Shown: positions 25,702 to 33,711 of the stretch, piece after piece
Layout: every line of letters begins with the position of its first letter
How positions within the stretch are numbered: position 1 is the first letter of the stretch
Assembly: GCA_045633625.1 (NCBI GenBank)
Contig: JAZQYP010000065.1
Coordinates: 21,076-85,075 of the forward strand
Source of the DNA: Eubacteriales bacterium
GTDB taxonomy: Bacteria > Bacillota > Clostridia > Oscillospirales > CAG-272
Direction of reading: 5' to 3'
Length of the DNA stretch: 64,000 nt
Program-made: the position numbers and the translations under genes
The notes under the pieces: generated by a model
What the model saw: only the letters and a program-made list of their open reading frames with translations
The model's database searches: none
What the model was told of the DNA's origin: nothing

Positions 25702-27345
25702 ATGAAAAAGATAATTTCAATCGTGCTTTGTGCTATGATGCTCCTCGGTGTTGCGTCGGTGTCGGCATTTGCCGCAGACGTTCCCGATGATGCGACTGCT
25801 CTCGGTGATTTCGGACAGAAACACTTTTATGCAGGTCCTGAGGTAGAAAGTGCTCCTACGATCGACGGTGTAGTAGAGGACGGAGAGTATACTCTTGAGA
25901 TCCTCAATATGAGACCCGAGGACGATGCTATCGATGACAGATTCTTCGTTATCGATATTTGCGACGTAGAGTTTGTTAATATCTACGCAGCACAGGATTT
26001 CGATTTTCTATATTTTGCAGTTGAGGTAAAGGACCCTTCATTCGTTCACCACGATGCAGTTTCCTTTTCGCTCGGCGTTCATGAGAATATCGACTCTTCG
26101 CTTATGTTTGCGACGAGATTCAACGATATTCCCGATGACACGAATATGACTATCAATCTTGAAGAGCTTTCAAAGACTGCTGAGGATCCGGGTAACCCCT
26201 ACGCAGCCGGTGATATAGTTGACCGTACAGGTGAGACCTATGACTTTATTGGAGCAAAGGGACTCTCCTATAACGAGGAAACTCAGGTTGCTACTTATGA
26301 GATAGCTGTCAGCCGTATGATGCTTGAAACCGAGGCAGACGATCTTCTTGAGAAGATCTTCCTCCGTGTTGTTATCAGCATGAGAAATGAGGCAGGCGAG
26401 CTTGGAACCATCTGGTTTGGCTTCAGAGGGGACGGTGCAGACCTTCGCGCCAAGCACCACTCGTACATCAGCCGTTTCCCCCACGTTCTCTATCTTATAG
26501 ACGGAGAGGGTGACGAGGACTACGTTGTCAAGGAAGTAGAGAAGGACAACACAATGTGGCCTCAGATCGACTTCACGGAAAAGGTTTCCACCGCTCCCGT
26601 TGTCGACGGCGTTATAGGCGAGAGTGAGTACACTCATACATATTCATCAGACCTTACAGAGAGTGCTGACGGTTGGGCATTTATTGATGAGAACAATATG
26701 ATGCGCGCTGCCGATGCCGCTTATGCAAAGGGACTTCGCAGTGTAAGCTGGAGCCTTGCAAGAGATAATGATTTCCTCTACATTGCCACTTCGATTAAGA
26801 CAACCGGTGCGGCTCCCATAGCGCAGTTCCAGATCACTAAGAGACAGGATACGGCTTCTTATCCTATGGCAAACATAACTGCCGACGGTTCGGCTGATGA
26901 GGGAAATGCTGTTTGGGATTTTGCAGAGGCAAAGGCTTCTAACGACGGCACAACTTACGTATATGAGGCTAAGATAGCACTTGACGATATTGGCGACAAT
27001 CTTGATAAGGTGTTTGTTCTTGGCAGAGCATATCTTGACGAGGGCTTCGTGTTGTTTGGACTCAATGAGGATCCTCTTGGCGGTGTTTGTGGATTCAGAG
27101 CAGGATTCAACGGACTTCAGACAACTCCTCCCGAGACAGAGCCTGCAGAGACTGAGCCCGCAGAGACCGAGCCCACAGAGACCGAGCCTGCAGAGACAAC
27201 TCCCACAGAGAGTGCTCCCGCAGATACAACTACACCCGATGCTCCCGTAGCAGAGGGCGGATGTGGCGCATCTGTAGCAGCAGTAGCAGCTGCACTTGTT
27301 GCAATGCTCGGCACTTGCGTAGCATTCGTAAATAAGAGAAGATAA
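25702..27345 (+). CDS. GCG-tail surface protein paralog 7 of 7 (module order A-B)
   Basis: 547 aa. A divergent A-type module (FGQKHFYAGPEVESAPTIDGVVEDGEYTL...DDRFFVID) is followed by a B-type module (STAPVVDGVIGESEYT...GTTYVYEAKIALDDIG). The tail is GCGASVAAVAAALVAMLGTCVAFVNKRR. Confidence 0.9.
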   Translation: MKKIISIVLCAMMLLGVASVSAFAADVPDDATALGDFGQKHFYAGPEVESAPTIDGVVEDGEYTLEILNMRPEDDAIDDRFFVIDICDVEFVNIYAAQDFDFLYFAVEVKDPSFVHHDAVSFSLGVHENIDSSLMFATRFNDIPDDTNMTINLEELSKTAEDPGNPYAAGDIVDRTGETYDFIGAKGLSYNEETQVATYEIAVSRMMLETEADDLLEKIFLRVVISMRNEAGELGTIWFGFRGDGADLRAKHHSYISRFPHVLYLIDGEGDEDYVVKEVEKDNTMWPQIDFTEKVSTAPVVDGVIGESEYTHTYSSDLTESADGWAFIDENNMMRAADAAYAKGLRSVSWSLARDNDFLYIATSIKTTGAAPIAQFQITKRQDTASYPMANITADGSADEGNAVWDFAEAKASNDGTTYVYEAKIALDDIGDNLDKVFVLGRAYLDEGFVLFGLNEDPLGGVCGFRAGFNGLQTTPPETEPAETEPAETEPTETEPAETTPTESAPADTTTPDAPVAEGGCGASVAAVAAALVAMLGTCVAFVNKRR

Positions 27346-27356
27346 AAAATTATTCA

Positions 27357-27384
27357 GGGCGGCTCTATGGGCCGCCCTTTGTTA
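27357..27384 (+). terminator. rho-independent terminator, array gene 7
   Basis: GGGCGGC-tctatgg-GCCGCCC followed by TTTGTT; the U-tract is weaker than in the other cassettes. Confidence 0.7.
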
Positions 27385-27402
27385 CTTTTTTTGTGAAAAC
27401 TA

Positions 27403-27431
27403 TTGACAAATAGAAAAAAAGATAGTAAAAT
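27403..27431 (+). promoter_or_regulatory. promoter of the ilvA T-box leader
   Basis: TTGACA (27403..27408), a 17-nt spacer, then TAAAAT (27426..27431). Confidence 0.55.
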
Positions 27432-27437
27432 CAAGTA

Positions 27438-27686
27438 AAGCGTTGATGGGAAGCGGTACGGAGAAGGCTTTTTCAGAGAGCCGTCGGTTGCTGTGAGACG
27501 GTAAGGTGCTCCGCTACTAAATCATCCCAGAGTCGCCGTCGAAACCGATGGGAAGTAGAGCGGCGCGTCATCCCGCGTTAAGGGAGAGCGTATGATAGTG
27601 CGCAGTGAGTGGTCAGTTTGACAAACGGAGTGGTACCGCGGAGAATTTTTCGTCTTCGTCTCTATTATGAGACGGAGATTTTTTGT
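27438..27686 (+). promoter_or_regulatory. T-box riboswitch leader (probable Ile specifier AUC)
   Basis: AGAGA box at 27475..27479. T-box core GAGTGGTACCGCG at 27628..27640. Terminator CGTCTC-tattat-GAGACG plus T-run at 27657..27685. The specifier loop ends ...AAATCA before the helix TCCC, putting ATC at 27521..27523. Confidence 0.8.
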
Positions 27687-27719
27687 TTATATAAGGCTTT
27701 ATTTGAAAGGAAATTAGTT

Positions 27720-28919
27720 ATGCTTACACTTGATAAGGTATATCAGGCGTCATATGCGCTAAAGGACGTAATACGCGAGACAGCACTTATTCCGTCCCCC
27801 AAGATAAACCCCGAATGCGAGGTTTACCTCAAGACCGAAAATCTTCAGGTCACGGGCTCCTTTAAGGTCAGGGGCGCGGGATATATGATATCTCAGCTCA
27901 CCGACGAGGAGAAGGCAAGGGGAGTTATAGCATGCTCTGCGGGAAATCACGCGCAGGGAGTAGCACTCGCATCTCAAAAATACGGAATAAAGGCAGTCAT
28001 TTGTCTTCCTGATGGCGCGCCTATCTCTAAGGTCGAGGCGACAAAGAGCTATGGTGCTGAGGTCGTTATGGTTCCCGGCGTTTATGATGATGCGTATAAC
28101 CACGCTCTCAAGCTTCGCGACGAGATAGGATATACATTTGTTCACCCCTTTGACGATGATAACGTCATAGCCGGTCAGGGAACTATAGGACTTGAGATAC
28201 TTAACGAGCTAAAGGACGTTGATGCGGTCGTCGTTCCTGTCGGTGGCGGTGGACTGATCTCGGGCATCGCCTTTGTTGTAAAGCACCTCGCGCCTCACGT
28301 CAAGGTCTACGGCGTTCAGGCAAAGGGAGCTCCGAGTATGTATAACTCGATAATGGACAAAAAAATAGAAAGACTTTCCTCGGTGTCGACCATCGCCGAC
28401 GGAATTGCCGTAAAGCAGCCGGGAGAGAACACCTTCGCCCTCTGCTCAAAATACGTCGACGAGATAGTCACCGTCAGCGAGGACGAGATCTCTACGGCAA
28501 TTCTCACACTTATCGAGCAACACAAGATGATCGCCGAGGGCGCGGGCGCGGTGTCTGTTGCCGCAGTTATGTTTGACAAGCTTCCCATAAAGGATAAAAA
28601 GGTAGTCTGCGTTGTGTCGGGCGGTAATATTGACGTTACCATTCTCTCGCGCGTTATCGAGCGAGGACTTCTTACATCGGGCAGAACGTGCAACCTTTGC
28701 ATTGAGCTTATGGATAAGCCCGGACAGCTTCAAAGGGTTTCTACGATCATCGCAAAGCTTGGTGCAAACGTTATTTCGGTACATCACGAGAGAGCGAGCG
28801 AGACCAAGGACATAAACGGTTGCTTCCTTCGTCTTGTGCTTGAGACCAAGAATTACGAGCATATAAAGGACATAGCTCTTGCACTTGAGGCAGAGGGATT
28901 TAAGATAGTTTCATATTAA
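27720..28919 (+). CDS. ilvA: threonine ammonia-lyase (threonine dehydratase)
   Basis: The track start at 27609 (non-ATG, inside the T-box leader) is trimmed to the ATG at 27720. It has the PLP lysine motif SFKVRGA, GNHAQG, GGGGLISG, and a C-terminal ACT-like domain. Confidence 0.9.
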   Translation: MLTLDKVYQASYALKDVIRETALIPSPKINPECEVYLKTENLQVTGSFKVRGAGYMISQLTDEEKARGVIACSAGNHAQGVALASQKYGIKAVICLPDGAPISKVEATKSYGAEVVMVPGVYDDAYNHALKLRDEIGYTFVHPFDDDNVIAGQGTIGLEILNELKDVDAVVVPVGGGGLISGIAFVVKHLAPHVKVYGVQAKGAPSMYNSIMDKKIERLSSVSTIADGIAVKQPGENTFALCSKYVDEIVTVSEDEISTAILTLIEQHKMIAEGAGAVSVAAVMFDKLPIKDKKVVCVVSGGNIDVTILSRVIERGLLTSGRTCNLCIELMDKPGQLQRVSTIIAKLGANVISVHHERASETKDINGCFLRLVLETKNYEHIKDIALALEAEGFKIVSY

Positions 28920-28931
28920 AGGAGAAAAATT

Positions 28932-29303
28932 ATGGAAAAGGTATATACAAAGAACGCACCCGAGGCGATAGGACCTTACTCGCAGGCTGTGAAGTGTGGC
29001 AATCTTGTTTTTACGTCGGGTCAGATAGCGATCAATCCCGCGACTGCCGAGGTCGAGGCAAAGACTATCGAGGAGCAGACCGAGCAGGTATGCAAGAATC
29101 TCTCGGCAGTGCTTGAGGCGGCGGGAGCTTCGATGGAAAAAGTGGTAAAGACTACCTGCTTCCTTGCGGATATGGCGGACTTTGCGGCGTTCAACGGAGT
29201 CTATGCAAAGTACTTCGTTTCAAAGCCTGCGCGCTCCTGTGTAGCGGCTAAAGCACTCCCCAAGGGCGTGCTCGTTGAGGTCGAGGTCATAGCAGAGCTG
29301 TAA
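28932..29303 (+). CDS. ridA: RidA family reactive enamine/imine deaminase
   Basis: 123 aa with the YjgF/RidA pattern (APEAIGPYSQA ... ARSCVAAKALPKGVLVEVEVIA). It lies directly downstream of ilvA. Confidence 0.9.
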   Translation: MEKVYTKNAPEAIGPYSQAVKCGNLVFTSGQIAINPATAEVEAKTIEEQTEQVCKNLSAVLEAAGASMEKVVKTTCFLADMADFAAFNGVYAKYFVSKPARSCVAAKALPKGVLVEVEVIAEL

Positions 29304-29399
29304 TGCTACATATTATTATATATAATATGTAAAAAAGCCTTATAAAGTCGCCAAAATTCGTCAATTTGCACATAAATACAAAAATATATTTATATTATA

Positions 29400-29428
29400 T
29401 TGACAAAGGACGTATTTAGTGGTAAAAT
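29400..29428 (+). promoter_or_regulatory. promoter of the ilvB operon T-box leader
   Basis: TTGACA (29400..29405), a 17-nt spacer, then TGgTAAAAT (29420..29428). Confidence 0.6.
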
Positions 29429-29434
29429 ACTTTT

Positions 29435-29706
29435 AATCAATTAAAAGCGATAAAGGGAATCAGTAGCTTGACGTGCTTTTTCAGAAACCTGACGGGTGAT
29501 GCGAGTCAGGATTGTGCCCGAGTGAAACTCCTCCCCGAGCTTCTGCCCGAAGACAGCTGTTGCGTAGGCGCAGACGGAATGTCACCGTTATCTTTGACAG
29601 CTTCACTGATGGGTGAAGGATGAGGTGGCTGATTTTTCAGCAAAAAGAGTGGTACCGCAGAGTTCTATATGACCTTTGTCTCTTAATTGAGATAAAGGTC
29701 TTTTTT
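29435..29706 (+). promoter_or_regulatory. T-box riboswitch leader (probable Leu specifier CUC)
   Basis: T-box core GAGTGGTACCGCA at 29647..29659. Terminator GACCTTTGTCTC-ttaatt-GAGATAAAGGTC plus T6 at 29671..29706. The candidate specifier is GAAACTCC, with CTC at 29528..29530; the alternative reading is ACU. Confidence 0.8.
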
Positions 29707-29755
29707 GCTTATTTTGAATTTATGCTCCGATATTTTCGGAAAACAGGAGGAAGAA

Positions 29756-31414
29756 ATGATATTAAACGGTTCGGAAATACTTGTAAACGTTCTGCTCGAG
29801 CAGGGTGTTGACACCGTCTTTGGCTACCCCGGAGGCGCGGTGCTCAATATCTACGATGCGCTTTACAAGTACAGTGATAAAGTAACGCATATTATGACGG
29901 CGCACGAGCAGGGAGCTGCTCACGCGGCTGACGGATATGCAAGAGCTACAGGCAAAACGGGTGTCGTTATTGCCACAAGCGGTCCCGGTGCTACAAATCT
30001 CGTAACGGGAATCGCAACGGCTTATATGGACAGTGTTCCTATGGTAGCGATAACGGGTAACGTGGCAACCCCTCTTATCGGATGCGATAGCTTCCAAGAG
30101 GTATATATTGCGGGAATCACGATGCCTATAACCAAGCACAATTTCGTCGTTCGAAAGGTCGAGGAGCTTGCAGATACTCTCCGTCAGGCATTTGAGATAG
30201 CGGCGAGCGGACGTCCCGGACCCGTGCTTGTTGATATTCCCAAGGACGTAACTGCAAACAAGACAAGCTATGAGCCCCAGGTGGCAAAGAAAATAGAAAG
30301 ACGTGCCGACATAGTCGGCGACGTCGGGGAGATAGCAGAGCTTATCAACCGCGCCGAGAGACCCTTTATTTATTTTGGTGGCGGTGTAAAGATCTCTGAG
30401 GCTGGCGACGAGCTTCGCGCGCTTATCGAGAAGGCAGACATTCCCGCGGCATACACGCTTATGGCGGCAGGTGTTCTTGGCTACGGCGAGAGAAACAACC
30501 TCGGACTTATGGGAATGCACGGAAACTACTCGGCAAACAGTGCGGCAAACAGAAGCGACCTTATGATCGCCATCGGAACGCGCTTCAGCGACAGAGTTGC
30601 GCTTAATGCCAACAAGTTTGGTCATAACTCGAAGATAGTTCATATAGATATCGACCCCGGTGAGATAAATAAGATAATCGTGGCTGATTACAGCATCGTA
30701 GGTGACGTCAAAGTTGTTCTTACCGAGCTTCTGAAGCACGTAAAGCCCGCAGTGCACGAGCATTGGCACGAGAAGATAGAGAAGTGGAAGAGGGACGATT
30801 ATCACCCCGAAAGTGTAGAGGGAATGCTCAAGCCCCACGACGTTATCGGAATTGCCTGTGAGAAGGCGGGTGAGGATGCGATATTCGTCACCGACGTCGG
30901 TCAGCATCAGATGTGGGCGGCGCAGTATCTTCGTCACGTAAAGCCCCGCAACTTCCTCACAAGCGGCGGTCTTGGCACAATGGGCTACGGCTACGGCGCG
31001 GCGATCGGTGCTAAGGTAGCGTGTCCCGACGTTCCCGTAATTCACTTTACCTCGGACGGCTCCTTCCATATGAATATGAACGAGGTCTGCACGGCGGTAA
31101 GCTACAAGATCCCCGTTATCTCGGTAATTCTTAACAATCAGGTTCTCGGTATGGTAAGACAGTGGCAGGGCGCTTTCTACGACAGAAGGTTTTCCTCAAG
31201 TGAGCCCGAGAGGGTGACCGACTACGTAAAGGTAGCCGAAGCATTTGGCGGTACGGCATTCAGATGCAACACTCCCGAGGAGTTCCGCGAGGCTATGGAT
31301 AAGGCTCTTAAGTGCGAGGGGCCCGTCTGGATAGAATGTCCTATCGACCGTGAGGAAAAGGTGCTCCCGATGATCCCCTCGGGCGGCACGGTTCACGATA
31401 CGGTCTTCAAATAA
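29756..31414 (+). CDS. ilvB: acetolactate synthase large subunit
   Basis: The track TTG start at 29705 is trimmed to the ATG at 29756 with an AGGAGG RBS. It is a ThDP enzyme (GYPGGAVL; GGLGTMGYG...SDGSF.MN). Confidence 0.93.
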   Translation: MILNGSEILVNVLLEQGVDTVFGYPGGAVLNIYDALYKYSDKVTHIMTAHEQGAAHAADGYARATGKTGVVIATSGPGATNLVTGIATAYMDSVPMVAITGNVATPLIGCDSFQEVYIAGITMPITKHNFVVRKVEELADTLRQAFEIAASGRPGPVLVDIPKDVTANKTSYEPQVAKKIERRADIVGDVGEIAELINRAERPFIYFGGGVKISEAGDELRALIEKADIPAAYTLMAAGVLGYGERNNLGLMGMHGNYSANSAANRSDLMIAIGTRFSDRVALNANKFGHNSKIVHIDIDPGEINKIIVADYSIVGDVKVVLTELLKHVKPAVHEHWHEKIEKWKRDDYHPESVEGMLKPHDVIGIACEKAGEDAIFVTDVGQHQMWAAQYLRHVKPRNFLTSGGLGTMGYGYGAAIGAKVACPDVPVIHFTSDGSFHMNMNEVCTAVSYKIPVISVILNNQVLGMVRQWQGAFYDRRFSSSEPERVTDYVKVAEAFGGTAFRCNTPEEFREAMDKALKCEGPVWIECPIDREEKVLPMIPSGGTVHDTVFK

Positions 31415-31429
31415 GAAGGAGGGAAGAGT

Positions 31430-31924
31430 ATGAAAAAACAGTGTATGGTAGTCCTCGTTGACAACAACGCGGGTGTTCTTGCAAGAATTTCTTCTCTTTT
31501 CGTGCAGAGAGGATTTAATATTGACTCTCTTACGGTTTCATCGACCGATGACCCGAAGATATCGCGTATTACAGTAACCACTACGGGTGACGCGAGAACC
31601 TTCAGCCAGATAATGAAGCAGACGGCAAAGCTTACCGAGGCAAGACTTGTTTTCCCCATTGAGCCCTTCGTCAGCCTGCTTCGTGAGCTGCTCCTTGTAA
31701 AGTTCTCGACCGAGAACACCGACTCCGAGAAGCTCAAGAGCATAATCGAGGATTACGGCGCAAAGATAGTCGACATATCAAGCGGCTGCTTCGTTGCAGA
31801 GCTTACGGGTAACCCCGACAAGATCGACGATTTCCTTGATGCAGTAAAGCCCTACGAGATGCTTGAGATGTGCCGCACGGGTGCTACAGCACTTGAGCGC
31901 GGTAAGGTCTCTTACGATATTTGA
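31430..31924 (+). CDS. ilvN: acetolactate synthase small (regulatory) subunit
   Basis: 164 aa with an N-terminal ACT domain ([29 protein letters not shown]). Confidence 0.9.
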   Translation: MKKQCMVVLVDNNAGVLARISSLFVQRGFNIDSLTVSSTDDPKISRITVTTTGDARTFSQIMKQTAKLTEARLVFPIEPFVSLLRELLLVKFSTENTDSEKLKSIIEDYGAKIVDISSGCFVAELTGNPDKIDDFLDAVKPYEMLEMCRTGATALERGKVSYDI

Positions 31925-31961
31925 TCTATTTAAAAAATTTAATTTTAAGGAGAATATAAAA

Positions 31962-32972
<1,011 letters not shown>

Positions 32973-32983
32973 TTATTTTCATT

Positions 32984-33005
32984 GGGAAGCCCCGAGGGGC
33001 TTCCC
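32984..33005 (+). other. GC-rich hairpin after ilvC without U-tract (possible processing/stabiliser or weak internal terminator)
   Basis: GGGAAGCCCC-ga-GGGGCTTCCC. It is followed by AAGAAAG, not a T-run. Confidence 0.4.
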
Positions 33006-33044
33006 AAGAAAGATTTATATCGCTATACAGAAGGAGTAAGGATA

Positions 33045-33680
33045 ATGAAATCTAAAAAGAATAATAGAATAATAAAGATGGTCGAGCTCGCAATGCTCGT
33101 GGCACTCGTAATAGTTCTTCAGTTGCTTGGATCGGTCATAAAGATCGGCCCCTTGCCTATGTCCTTTGTTCTCGTACCGATAGTTATCGGCGCGTGTATG
33201 CTGGGTGCTAAGGAAGGCGCGTTGCTTGGCGGTGTATTCGGCGTTATCACTATGATAATGGGAATCGCGGGAATTGATTCTTTCTCTTATCTTCTGTTTT
33301 CCGCAAACCCCGCATGGTTTATAATCATCTGCTTGCTCAAAGCAATTATGGCAGGCTTTGTATCGGGGCTTGTATATCGCGGACTTGGAAAGCTTTTCGG
33401 TGAGAAATACGTTTACCTCAAGACCGTGCTTGCATCCATTACCGCGCCTATAGTTAACACGGGAATATTCGTTGTTGGAATGCTTCTTTTCTTCTTCGAG
33501 ACAATGGAAGGACTTCCCGCAATGTTTCCTGATGCGTTTGGACAGTATGAGAGTGCAGTAAGCCTTGTATTTATTGGCCTTGCAGGACTTAACTTCGTAG
33601 GAGAGTTCCTCGTAAACCTTATACTCTCTCCTGCAATCGTAAGAATTATTGACGTAGTTAAAAAGAAGATCAAGATATAA
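33045..33680 (+). CDS. ECF-transporter S (substrate-capture) component-like membrane protein, substrate unknown
   Basis: The track start at 32982 is trimmed to the ATG at 33045 (AAGGAG RBS). It is 211 aa with ~6 hydrophobic helices and a short basic N-terminus, which is the general look of ECF S components. No ATPase or T component lies nearby. Confidence 0.5.
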   Translation: MKSKKNNRIIKMVELAMLVALVIVLQLLGSVIKIGPLPMSFVLVPIVIGACMLGAKEGALLGGVFGVITMIMGIAGIDSFSYLLFSANPAWFIIICLLKAIMAGFVSGLVYRGLGKLFGEKYVYLKTVLASITAPIVNTGIFVVGMLLFFFETMEGLPAMFPDAFGQYESAVSLVFIGLAGLNFVGEFLVNLILSPAIVRIIDVVKKKIKI

Positions 33681-33711
33681 ATTTTAGATTTAACAGTTTA
33701 GGAGAAAAATT

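Noticed and set aside
18706-27204. The short regular direct repeats raised the possibility of a CRISPR array.
   Set aside because: The repeats are 15 bp, contiguous with no spacers, in frame inside ORFs, and encode the T/E/P/A linker. No cas genes are present.
15049-27384. Phase-variable invertible promoters or a diversity-generating retroelement acting on the paralog array.
   Set aside because: I found no inverted repeats bracketing any array promoter. There is no recombinase or reverse-transcriptase gene and no template-repeat/variable-repeat pair with adenine-specific differences. Variation looks like duplication and module exchange only.
29307-29331. A perfect 25-nt AT-only palindrome (TACATATTAT-tatat-ATAATATGTA) just after ridA.
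   Set aside because: It is pure A/T low-complexity sequence followed by an A-run rather than a U-tract. It is too weak to call as a terminator or operator without comparative data.
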